Of a stretch of DNA of 64,000 nucleotides, positions 26,881 through 38,755 are shown piece by piece. The translations under genes and the position numbers were made by a program. The stretch lies in assembly GCA_040954595.2 (NCBI GenBank), contig CM082582.2, forward strand, positions 13,490,327 to 13,554,326, given 5' to 3'. The notes beneath the pieces were generated by a model. The model was not told the origin of the DNA and ran no database searches. It worked only from the letters and a program-made list of their open reading frames with translations. Numbering within the stretch: position 1 is the stretch's first letter; each line of letters begins with the position of its first letter. The DNA comes from Balanoglossus misakiensis. Lineage: Eukaryota; Animalia; Hemichordata.

Positions 26881-29382
26881 CTAGGGTTCTGGGAGAGGAA
26901 ATACCACCACTGGGCCTTGGCTTGTCTTAGGGTTATCGACATACACTGACATCGTACCATTCATCAGGTCAAATACACCTAGAAATCAAAAGTAACACAT
27001 TTTCAAATTTCAGTGCCACTAACACTGCTGGAGGGACCACTCAAGATTTGTAATTACAACTTATATTATCTGAACATTGCTTCGCTCTCATTGTCACTTG
27101 TCATTTAGTGATGGTCTCCACCCAACTGTTGCAAGATACTGTTCACCCCTACAAAGGAAAAGAATGGAAATGGAATAACCCACCTGTAGCTAGAGTTGCA
27201 ACATCATCTTTGCCTTTACCATTTCTGTAAATAGGGAAGTCTGAGTCAGCAGTGTCACCAAGGATGTTGAATATCTCTTGAAGGTTGCCAGGCACAGGTA
27301 GCTTGTCGGCACGGGCACTGCGATGCTGACTGCTTGTGTCATTGTACTGAGAAACATTCAGGTACTGATACCTACAGGAAAGCAAGTTCAAACACAGGTC
27401 AAAGACTATCATCCAAACTACGTAGAAAATCTTGTGTAACATAATGCATTCTTCAAAGCACACCCCGATCAGGAAGCACAAAGAATATCGCTACGGAAAA
27501 TAGTAAAATACAGAGACTTACATGTTAAAATGGTAATAATGGCCATCATCTTTATTATTAGCAAGTGGTACAGTAAGGTTGCCATAGTGATTGGTTCCAG
27601 GTCCAACTTCTACATTGTATAGCATCTGATTTCCTGGTTTGGCCTTGCTGTTTCCAAAATTTAAACTGCAAATGAGAAATGCTCATTTTATCTTAATGCT
27701 CTCTACAAAAAGGCACTTTATAAGCCACAACCCTTTCTCTGATCCAGTTTCTTATCACAATATCAAAATCAACTTAAACATCTTGTGACAATGACAATCA
27801 GTTTTGTCCATTAAGTTTTTGCAAACAAGCAACTTACTTAAATCCTGATGCAGAAGAATATTTTGCCAAAATCTCATACACTTCACTGATAGACTTTGCA
27901 CCAAGTAGCAAACGATTGGTGATGTAACGTGCTGTAGATTCAAGTTACAGAAAAACCCACTCATTATTAAAAGAATATGAGCACTTCAAAATTAATATGA
28001 CTATGACTACAACAGCATGTCTAAGTTTTCTAATGATGTAATTTTCATGTGGACATCCAAGTGAAAATATGCCTAGTTGATCATATACCTTTAATAGAGA
28101 CCTACTCCAGAATTATTGAGGCGGTCAAATAGTGGCCAACACCCCCCTCCCCCTCTGCAATTATTGCTAAATGGAAATGCATACCCAAGCCTGTTTATTC
28201 ACTTCTTGTTTATATACATACGTATGGCTCCTGGGATAACATCTACTGGAAACACAGCATTCATGGAAAAGAAGAGTCCGGCCGAATTAAATCCAAATGT
28301 GTTTCCCGGGAGAGTGGCAGGATAGCAAAATGATGTGAATTCTTCCTCCGGATAATGACCAGTGGGATCAATGATGTGTACAGACAAAATGTAGGCATAT
28401 CCCTTGTTGTGTACGTCAGCGTCTTCATTATGGGCTTGTATTGTCTGTTTTCATTCATAAGAAAAGGATGAAGAAAAATGGTTTCAGGGTTAAATATACT
28501 AGCCTTCAACATAGATAAATGCATAAAACAGAAATAATTCCTGAAAGGGTCTGTTTCATATATTGCATGCTAAAGTGATTGACATGTGAGTGAGTTTCTA
28601 TGAGAAAAACTGTGCAAACTGACTCACCCATTGAACTGAACTTTTCTGGTCCACAAAATTGAGGGCAATATCTGAACAGGACGGCTCAGGCATCTTCTTT
28701 TGCAGTAACAAAATTTCACTCCTAATTTCTAAAAGAAATACCTACAACATTTGAAAAAAAAAAGATTTATGTGTTACACTAAAAAATTTCAAATGAATTA
28801 AACAAGGACAAGGAACCTTTCAAGCATACAATGACTTACATGATAGAATGGTATTCCTATACCATCAGCAATGCCTTGCATTTCATCAATGAACTGTGGA
28901 AATGTTGATTTAGTGGCATTCAGATAACCATCATAGACATCCCTTCCTTTGGCTGTGTGGTAGTATGGTAGCAGAACATCGTGGAAAACAGTGTACTTGT
29001 CATAAAATTCTTGAAATCTACTTCTGAATGTTGAACCCTGCAAGAGGATTGTATTGTGACATGTACAATTAACCCTTTTCACCAACATGGTTTGGTCCAA
29101 AGTCATTGTTTTCTATTGTAACGTTGGACCTCTACAGAAGGAAACCCTAGGATTGAAAGGAAAAAGACTACTAACACAAAATAGCCGTGATGATTTCAGA
29201 TAATACTGTCATTTGATAAATCATGGATGTACGTTCATGAACAACTCAATACTTACTATATCATGTCCGACTTCATAGTGAGTACCTTTGGTGTAAAGAA
29301 CAGGCACACTGAGTCCCTGGTTAAGACTTGTAAACCAGGAAAAGTAAAGTACAACTCCAAGTAAAATGCCTTGTAAAGCCAT
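26881..29382 (-). CDS. Peptidase C45 / tan-like (beta-alanyl-amine hydrolase family) Ntn-hydrolase with a predicted signal peptide, 8 exons
   Basis: Approximate exons 29382-29257 (MALQGILLGVVLYFSWFTSLNQGLSVPVLYTKGTHYEVGHDI), 29037-28840 (GSTFRS..FPQFIDEMQGIADG), 28741-28628 (PSCSDI, nucleophile Cys), 28444-28222 (AHNEDA..FTSFCYPATLPGNTFGFN), 27932-27839 (RYITNRLLL), 27665-27522 (HYYHFNM), 27371-27184 (SSQHRSAR..ILGDTADSDFPIYR..VATLAT), 26978-26881 (GVFDL..VYVDNPK). Confidence 0.88.
29069..29160. mobile_element. Short TTAA-flanked MITE-like insertion (piggyBac-type ends) in intron 1 of the tan-like gene
   Basis: Begins ttaacccttttcacc, ends ggattgaaagg, with an internal inverted pair ggtccaa/ttggacc. 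The right end is degraded. Confidence 0.35.
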
Positions 29383-30244
29383 CCTTGGTAGATTAGTAGA
29401 TATGGAGGATCAGTGCATGGTGGTCATATGCATGGTGATAACTACGTAGAACAAAAAATAATGATTGATTGGTATTCAAAATACCTTTGCTTATGTTGTA
29501 GTACCGAGAAACATGTCAGACATTTCTTGCAGCAAAATACAGAATCATAAGAACAACATCTTACACGGTAGCACTGTTAACGCCTAAAACACACAGACTG
29601 GTACACAGGCTAGGGCTAATGCACAGCTGGTTTGAGGATAGTACCCTAGGGTCTATCATGGTTTGAGGACACGACCTTGCATAACTCTGCGTGGCAGGCG
29701 GTGTTGTTATTGCAGCCAGTTATTTTTGCTTCGCATGTATCGTCAAGGGGGCGTGGTTGTAATGGTGTGTAAATAAAAGTGCAATTAACAAAAACGGAGC
29801 GTCAGTGCAATGCACATGTACAATGTACATGTCGTAAAATCCTCTGAAGCATGATGTCTATTCGTGAGGGCAAACAAAGGGCAATGTAGCGTCTGAAAAC
29901 TTACAGGAAATCCACCACCAAGCCAGCATTTATACGATGGAAATGATTTCGCTTTTCCAGCTTCCTTCCATGACAAACACCTGACTGATCACATGACAGC
30001 TCCAGCTAAGACACGCCCTCTACCGGGTCAGGGAACCAGACGAGTCTACTGGGGTCAACGTCCTTTCGCAAATTTTTCAGTCACTTTGCCATCTTACATT
30101 CACCAGTTGCTCTTACAAACTTTCAATTTAAAGACAACACTTTCAAGATCAAATATGTGCATAACTGCTTTATTGTAAAATCAACACAAATTTTTACGAA
30201 TCAGATAAAATTGTGTGCGTAGTTTATGCAACTTGGTGACTTGT

Positions 30245-32987
30245 TTATTGGCATGGCATGATGGGATTTTCTTGTTCCTGAGGCAGCTTGTACCCCAAAC
30301 CATGTCTCATCCCCTGCATGATGGTAGAAATCATCACACTCTCTTCATGGCTTATTTTGTCACTCTGCAGTTTGCCTGTGTATTTTGAGAAAGGAAAAAT
30401 GATCTTTATAAAGTTGTCTGTGACTTGAACTCTTACTCTGGTCACCAGAAATTATAGATGACGTTCACTCACCGAAAATATACTCCGCTTTCTTAGTCAC
30501 CCAGGAAACCAAAATGTGTGCCTACCTTCCAATAGACATTTCCTGGCAGTCACTGCTTGATATCCAAGACCTTCACTGTGGACGTAATTTACTTTCATAT
30601 CCGGTTTTGGTAACGGACATTCAATAACTTCAACACCATTGCTATCTTGCACGATCATCTTTGTGGGACACCAGAATGGTGATGAAATCTGTAGTGACAC
30701 AGTCAGACAATAAAAGATGAAATTGCAAGAATCTAATCAACAGAACATGTATGTTAGGGGTACTATAATCATGTCACTTTCTCAAAATTGTTAATTGCTT
30801 GATCGAGGGCGCTCATTATCCCCCCCCCCACCCCCTCCATTGAGCGATGGCCAGATTAGGGTGGTGACGGCAGTATGTTTACATTCTCTGTATCAACAGT
30901 GTCTTGTACTGAAATTACCTTTATCATTCCCTTGGTACCATAGATATCAGCTTCATTGTTTAGAGCAACTCTGCTATTAAGCACGGCTACAGCTGTTCTG
31001 TTGTTGCTGTACTGTAATACTGCTGTAGAAGTTTCGTCCACTCCTGGTCGATATGGCAACACAAGAAAAACAAGTCAATTAACATAATTCAGAAACAAAG
31101 CGTTTTCTTGGATCCCTGTGACTGGCTGTGACCGAGTGGTGTACAATTGGCAAAATTTTGTGTGAGCATTTCTAGAAAATCAGAAACCCAACAGTTATGT
31201 TTATAAATACAAATAACAAAAAGAGTTTACCTGATTTAGCAAGGTTTCCTTGAATTGTGATCTTTGGTTTTTCTGTTCCAAAAACCATCACTGGAAGTTG
31301 CACAGTGTAGAGTCCTATATCCAAGATGGCACCACCTCCCATCTCTGAAAACAAAAAAGGTTTTATATTTTTTACCTGGTATGTATATTGCATGTATGAA
31401 GTAATTTTGGGAATAGTAAAAAAGTGGCAGCAAAAAGCAGCTTTGTTTGGCAAACTAAAGAAGTCGTATATTTTGTTCAATATTGCCTGGGTGACATATT
31501 TTATTTTTACTGACTAAAAAGAATCGTGTATGAACATACAGACAAGCAGACAGACAAACACATGCCAACTGATCCCAAAAGTTCCCAGTGGAATATGATC
31601 ACACACCAAATGGAAGCTAACAACTGGATTCATATGTTACATACCTTTCTTTGCAATCCTTTCAACATCAATGAGACGATCAAGACCAAATTGTGATACA
31701 ACCATTTCCACTTTACCAATTCTTCCAGAGGAAATAATGCTGCGAATCCTCTCATAAATTGGTGTGTGGCGACTCCAGATGGCCTAGACAAGGAAAAAAA
31801 CAGAATTCTCACTAAAATCATCTGCATAGATAGCTCATGTATGTATTATTTGATATTACGAATAAAGGGACCATAATCCATGATAGCCACACAAGAGCAT
31901 TGGATCTGCTGCTACATCTCAATGTTGCCTCACCTCCATGAAGAAGAGATTTTTCTCTTTGGCCAGTTCTAGAACTTCCTTCGTTTCTTTTACAGTCAAT
32001 CCCATAGGCTTCTCACAAAGGACTGGCTTCCCAGCATTCAACATAAGTTTACTCAGCCTGGCATGGTGAGTGTGGATGCTACCAATGTACACAATGTCTG
32101 GGGGAAAAAATCATTTATTTATTCAGATAAACATTTAAAAATTGTCAAATATGTATGAAACCTAAATTATCATACTTTAAGAGTAAAAGTCATATACGTG
32201 TCCAGGAGGTTGGTTTATAGCCAAAGGAATTTTTTTTCACCAATACAACCCATACTTTTAATGTTCAACCAAAAATAGTGAATGATTTATTTGAAAACGT
32301 ATCAATTTATAAACCATAGATTTCAGTTTGCGAAAATAGCCTAGTTTTTATTGTCGTCGACACGTGCCCATCATCAAACATGGATCTCCACGTAAAGAAA
32401 CAAATAATGCGTATTTTTCTATTCTATTAAAATTCTCCTGCACAGGTCGCTTCACACTGTCTGACTAGTAGCCACGCATGCGTGCACGGTGCACCGGTGA
32501 CCTAAATTCGAAAGGCAATCCAACAAATGGCCTGTAGCAGTACGTATCTCGAGGTTAATTTGCCTGCGGTAGTTAATAGAGGGGAGAGAGATAATCTCCC
32601 CCCCCCCCCCCCCATTAACTATGACGGCAATCTGGTCTTGCACCTCGAGCTACGGGTACTGCAGTAGTTAGCCTAAGTACTATAGACTTCCATGTTCATT
32701 CCTTTGTTCTTTCACACTAGAGCAATTAAATGCGGAAAAAAACTGAAGTTTAGTACTTGGTTATGCAGCTTACCTATATTCTCGTCTTGGGCAAGTTCCT
32801 CGTAAGAACTACACACTGTGACAACGGAATGTTTCTTTGCAAACTGTTTGGCATCGTCGACCGCTCTTGCAACAACTGCCTGGAGACGGTGTTCTGCACC
32901 TGTCGGATCTTGCGCCCGAAGAGCGATGCAGAAATCAGTGGAGATCTTGCCGGCGCTCACTATACCCCATCGTGTTGGTGAAGCCAT
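30245..32987 (-). CDS. DHDH: DHDH copy 2, 7 exons
   Basis: Same exon structure as copy 1: approximately 32987-32773 ([19 protein letters not shown]), 32097-31934 (CEKP), 31783-31645, 31344-31231 ([11 protein letters not shown]), 31043-30919, 30688-30526, 30376-30245. The reading frame appears intact. Confidence 0.93.
32537..32662. repeat. Imperfect palindrome / MITE-like hairpin with a poly-C arm in DHDH2 intron 1
   Basis: Nested inverted pairs gcagtac/gtactgc, cgtatctcgagg/cctcgagctacg, ttgcc/ggcaa, tagttaat/attaacta, and a purine run pairing with a C homopolymer. Absent from DHDH1 intron 1. Confidence 0.6.
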
Positions 32988-33093
32988 CGCGTTTTACCTT
33001 CAAAATCGAACCGTGTATTCGGTAGCCGCTCCAAGCTCGCTCCTGACCCTAGCAAGTCCACGAGGATAATAGCCAAGTTTTTGACAAGCCGAC

Positions 33094-33103
33094 CTTTATA
33101 TAT
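33094..33103 (-). promoter_or_regulatory. TATA box upstream of DHDH2
   Basis: Reads TATATAAAGG on the - strand, ~110 nt upstream of the DHDH2 ATG. Confidence 0.5.
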
Positions 33104-33921
33104 GAAGGCATGGGTCTACGTGCTCCGAGTCGCTATGACTATGCAAAACCAGACAGTCATTAGAGCGTGGGGCATGAGGCTAGGGAGTTATATGTTGTAT
33201 ATAATTAATCAACTGACGCTAACTTCGTTCTTTTCAGAGGTGATATTAATCCTATACCTATATTTCAAAGGGCGCGTTCATATACAATCACTGTGACAGT
33301 GCAAAATGTGCCTCACAACGATGTATTTCCCTCCTAATTAAATCGTATATCAGTTATTTTTCAACGAAACAAACACTTATACATGTGTATATATCCTTAT
33401 AGGCAAATAGCGTGACATGTAATGTTTCGATTCAAATACTGATAAATTGTTATCACCACGCATGCATCACGTGTACACCTTTAGCATTATACAATGTACA
33501 TGGGAAAGAATAAAATCTGGTGGAATTTGACATCAAATCAGGCCAAAGAAGCATTCAAGGCTAGCTAAGTTACCCGAACAGAAAGAAAATCCCTGCCAAT
33601 AAAATGGCCTCTTGAACTACACCTAAGTGATGAGATATCTCAATCTCGCTAGCCTTAGTGCTAATAGTATGACATAAGTCGGGTACGTTAATCATTATCA
33701 TTCGAGCGAATGACAGATTCTAGAGACCCTAGTATCACAGCATGAGACACCCCCATTTGGAAAGAAAATGGAAATACTGCAGGTTGTCTTCACTTGTGTC
33801 AACTATTACAAGAGACTTATTTCTGAGTCATACCCTTAATACATAATTTCTGTAATGGTGTTACATTATCTGTTCGAACTTTGTTTAATCAAAAAGACTG
33901 AAATAAATGCTTTGTTAGCTT

Positions 33922-35409
33922 TTAGGTAAAACTTCCATCTCCAGTGGTGAGGTACAGGCGTAAGTCATAGATGATGTAGTCCAAAAGTTGCATTTCTTCG
34001 GGTTTGACGTAATGAAAACTGACAACGTAATTTGAACAGCATTCTCTACCCTAGAAAAAGATAAACACAAAATGCCTGAAACATTCCGGATAAAACAAAA
34101 TCCATGCTGAAAAACCATAAATCACTTCAAGGATAATCGATTCAAAAGATCAAATTTGGTTATTCTTCGTAATTTTCGTTCTCTACATAGACTTTACTCA
34201 CTTTTTTGTAAGGATACTCTGTCGATTCATAATACCAAGGCGCGACGTGGCCAGTCATATATCTCCAGGGGTCAAAGGGTATGAATCGTTGTCTTCCAAG
34301 ACGATCTCTAGAATCCACCTGCATTACACCAAGACTCTTCAAACACAACGCTATCTCCACGTCTTCTCGACCCGCTTGTCGCTGACTGCATACACTCGAG
34401 TCGTTTAGTCCACATTCAACGAAACGCTGCAAAGCAGCCTTACTGAGAACGTAACCAGCACCACCACTGGCGAAAGTTGTGTTACGAGCAGAGTTGAAAA
34501 GGGAATGCCCAAGAAATATTGGGTTAGAAGTGTCATACTCCGACATCAAATAACGGAGGTTTTCAATAATTAAATACGTATCATCATCAGCCTTCAAAAA
34601 CCAATCGAATTGATCGAAATGGTGTTCATAAATATACTTAAAAGCAGCTTTAGTTTTTCCCCATAGTAGAGAATGTCCCTCAGACACGTTGAGTTTGATA
34701 ATAGGAAAATCATTGTCTGCAAAAGAACTGAAATACAAAGTTTGATCACATCTGGGACCCCATGTATTTTTAACATGAGGCAGCCTCGTTTTGGCGTACT
34801 CGGGACTTGTGGTAATCCAACACAAAATACGAGTTTTCTTAACAATTTCAGCCGTTGATGAAACTTGTTGCGAATACATCCTGGGTGAAGATGATTTGGG
34901 GATTCCATGGGTTGACGTGGGCTTGTAGGAGATAAGAGAACGACAATAAGGTGACATCAATTCTTCCACGGGATGTAACGGAGGCGTAATGATGATTTCC
35001 TTGTCTCTGAGAAGACCTGTTGAATTTTCGGGTCGACTGATATGGTGTCCATCGATATCTGCCAGAGTCAACAAGAATGATGTATGTTATAATCATGATA
35101 GTTGACAAACAAAGATGACCTACACTGCGCTTGGCATGACCGGTTGTCTGTTTTTCCATCACTACGCTACCACTCACCTATCGAGGAAATCACGTCTTGT
35201 CGAAATTCTGTACTTTTATCCGCATTGGCACTGTGTTTAACCCCTGAGGCCGACGAAGTGCTGTGGTGGACCGAAGACAACAGAACAAAACTTCTTTTAT
35301 GATAACCGGAGTATATTATAAACAAGACCATGACCACAACAGGTACTCCAAAAATCATCGCCGTGATCTTCGATTTTCTCTTCGATGACGGGATATCCTC
35401 TGTAGCCAT
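33922..35409 (-). CDS. C1GALT1: Core 1 beta-1,3-galactosyltransferase-like (GT31), copy A, 3 exons
   Basis: Exons 35409-35178 (type II membrane anchor MIFGVPVVVMVLFIIY), 35058-34202 (RILCWITTSP, TWGPRCD, LWGKTKAAF, WFLKADDDTY..ENLRY, SGGAGYVLSK, EDV, DSRD), ~34051-33922 (CCSNYVVSFHYVKP..Y). Confidence 0.93.
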
Positions 35410-36140
35410 GGTGATCCAAAATTCTATGCCAACTTGTATATTAGTATACACAGTAGACTCTATCTACTGAATTTGATAGACAGACATGTATTGATGGTAC
35501 ATGCGGTGACGTCGGCACCATTTTGGAATTCGACATGTTCTTCGGAAGATTTAGTCCCGTACAGCCTCAAAAAGTGTTGACACTGGATAGAGTCCAAAGG
35601 TTGTACTTAACGATGTTCATTTGTTTGTTCACATTTGTTTTCTCACCTGCGACACGAACGTGTTGCGGAGTGGCGTCTCTTGCCTGGACCATCACGAGTA
35701 ATGAGTGTTTTCATTAAACTTTTTTTTTAGATTTTGGTCATTTTGCTTCACCTAGTATATTATCTAGTGGGAGTTGTTTAATATACCAATTTTTGATTTG
35801 TATGGAGTCGGGTTTATATGCCAAGTTGTGACTGTGAATTTGTCGACATTTCTGGCAGCGCATATGCTTCAACTCGCATCAGAAGTATATAACACCAGAA
35901 ATATGAAACAACATTACTGCTCGATATTTATTTATTAGGATAACCCATTAAGCTGCCAACCTCACCAAGACTACAGTATATAAATATAGAAAACGTACGG
36001 TCGATACACAGTATCGAGGAAATAATGTCATAGACAAGAACTTTCAGTGTCTGCTCCTAGTTTTAAAACGTAGCTAAAATTATATCATGCATTTTTTGAC
36101 TGTTTATTAGACTACTGTACGATAAAACCAAGAACTTTTG

Positions 36141-37993
36141 TCACGTAAAGCTACCATTGCCGGTAACCATGTAGAGCCGAACATCGTGAGTCAGATAGTC
36201 TAAGACTTGCATGAACTCTGGTTTGACGTAGTGAAAACTAATCGGGTACTTCGAACAGCATTCTTTGCCCTGAAATGAAGCAAGGAACGGAAGCTCATTA
36301 GAAGTTGCCGTATTTTCCGTTAATGCACCTTGGTGAGGAAAATTCGATTTTCGCAAGGCCATCAATTTCTCTGCAGGCTGTAGATTTATTTGCCATGCCC
36401 CTTGTAAAACTATTTCCATATATTGCAGATATTAAACGCTAACCGTTTTATATGGGTAAAATGTCGCTCCATGGTACCATGCATCCACCTCTCCATTCAT
36501 ATAACTCGCCGGGTCAAAGGGTATGAAACGCTGTTTTCCTTGCGGGTCTCGAGAATCTACCTGGACCACTCCCAGTTTCTTGACACAGCGCGCCAATTCC
36601 AGGTCTTCGCGGCCGACGTTTGATGGATAGCAAACGCCGGAACCGAAAATACCGCATTCAACAAATCTCCGTAAGGCTGTTCGACTGAGAACATAGCCCG
36701 CACCACCGCTGGCGAAGGTCAAGTTCTCCACTCTGTTGTACAAAGTATGTCCGACAAACATAGGTGTGTTCGGGTCATACTGAGAAAGTAAGTAACGAAG
36801 GTTTTCCACGATGAGGTAGGTATCATCATCTGCCTTCACAAACCAATCGAAGTCGTCGAAATGATTTTCGTAAACATATTGGAAGGCCGCCTTAGTTTTT
36901 CCCCAAAGGAAAGATTTCCCTTCGTGTGCATCCAATCGGATTATCGGAAAATCTTCATCTTCAAAAGAGCTGAAATACAGGGTTTTGTCACATCTTGGGC
37001 CCCAAGTGTCTCTCACGAATCGCAGTCTCTTCCACGCATATTCTGGACTTGTAGCTATCCAACACAATATTCTTACTCTTTTGGCAAGTTCTTGCGGTGT
37101 TACTTTCTCTGACGACGTGTTTCGCGAGTTGGAAGATAATTCTTCGTTGTTCGGCAGCATGCTTTGGTTGTTGGCAAGGAGGGCTTGGCAGTAGGGTGAA
37201 ATGGTTACCATAGGAACCGTGGTTGTGTCCATTTTTGTCGCGTTGACTTGGTTACGCGTTTCATTGTTTCCTTGAGAGTGACGAGAGAGACAGAGAGAGA
37301 GAGAGAGAGAGACAGAAAGAGTGGTGTGTGTGTCTATAAAGCATTTCAAAATCTAACTTGAAGCTTCGCGGGCAATACAGTTACGGACTTTGATCTCAAA
37401 CACCTCCTCAAAACAGGCTAGGCCTTAGCAGTGTTAATCATCAACTAATGTTGGCATTGCAAATTTGAATAGTTGGGGTCTCTTGACGGTATTTTTGTAC
37501 GAAACGGCTCTGCTAGAAATGAATTACATTGTTTTTTGATAAACTAAATAAATTGACATTTCACATTTTTATCCATCTGCGGACGAGAACCCGGGTGGAC
37601 AGCCTCAGATAAAGTTGTCCAGGTGCATGCACGTGAGGTGGTAACCTGAAGGCTACAAGGCCAGGTGTACGCGAAGGTGAAGGATCGAACTTTACATCCA
37701 CAACACGCCGCCGGATTGTACTTACCAACGGGTAAAGAATATACTTTCTGGTCTAACGTTGCCTTTTTGTAAGGCGGCATATCCTTCTTCTTTGCTGGCG
37801 ACAGCGCTGTGTCATTCTCCTGGAACGAATTACCATCACCACTAGCAACGGTCACAATCCCAACCAGCAAGTTCGCTGTGTTGCGGTGTCCGCCATATGC
37901 GAACAGAATAAACACAAACGCACCCACCCCCAGACAAACGCCAGCAAGAAGTTTTGTCCATACTTTCGAGTTGTCCGCACTCGACGACGTCAT
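36141..37993 (-). CDS. C1GALT1: Core 1 beta-1,3-galactosyltransferase-like (GT31), copy B, 3 exons
   Basis: Exons 37993-37726 (TM segment LLAGVCLGVGAFVFILFAY), ~37270-36444 (RILCWIATSP, WGKTKAAF, KADDDTY, SGGAGYVLS), 36269-36141 (CCSKYPISFHYVKP). Same intron positions as copy A. Confidence 0.93.
37282..37333. repeat. (GA)n/(GT)n microsatellite
   Basis: gagagagacagagagagagagagagagacagaaagagtggtgtgtgtgt, directly upstream (- strand) of the C1GALT1-B exon 2 acceptor. Confidence 0.9.
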
Positions 37994-38629
37994 GTTTGGC
38001 GACTGTGGACGGAGATGAGGGAAAGAAAGCGCATATATCCATCGAAAATCCGACCTTGTCTATATACCACAGCATCGACACCAACAGCACGTACAGGGGC
38101 CAGCCATGTTCATTTGTTGGCCTTCTTGTTTATTCTCGCCTCACCTAAATCAATGCGCGGCCCAATGATCATAAATCATGTCTTTATCAGACACATGTAT
38201 CAGCGTTCAAGACCAGTCTGTTAAGAACAATCTGTTTGTTTCTGAGGGGAGAAACAGTTTCACTGTGTACTCTAATCACCTCAGGATATCATTGACATGA
38301 AACAATAACCAGGTGACAGATAGTGGCCCTGTAACAAAATCATGAGCATCATCTCTATGGCTACCTGTGGTTTTGTTTCATCTTCAGGCAATTGCTGAAT
38401 TGTCTCAACACTTTGCTAACCAGTGCTGTACAATGCAAAAAGGCACAATGAGAAGTCCAAGTATGGGTGTTTAAAGACATTTATTCTATAACACTGTTGA
38501 GGAAAACATGGAGAAAATATTGACATTAACAATGGTTTGGCAGTTGTTGCCAACTTAACACATGAAAATGACACAAAAAAAATTATTGCCATCTAAACAG
38601 TGAACACAACTGAATCACTCTGATATCAA

Positions 38630-38755
38630 GAGGTCAGGTGATGACACGGTCAAGAGTAACACTGACACAATGTCAAGTTCAGGGTGACATTGACAAGGTC
38701 AGTTTGACACTGTCATAGCCAGGGTGACACACATACACAGGATCATTTTGACATT
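38630..38755. repeat. Degenerate (A)GGTCA...TGACA(C) tandem array
   Basis: About seven TGACA and several GGTCA/GTTCA words within ~125 bp, in loosely repeating units. Confidence 0.5.

Noticed and set aside
26881-29382. Horizontal transfer of a bacterial or fungal C45 acyltransferase
   Set aside because: It has seven canonical introns, host-like composition and tan-like motifs already known in animals.
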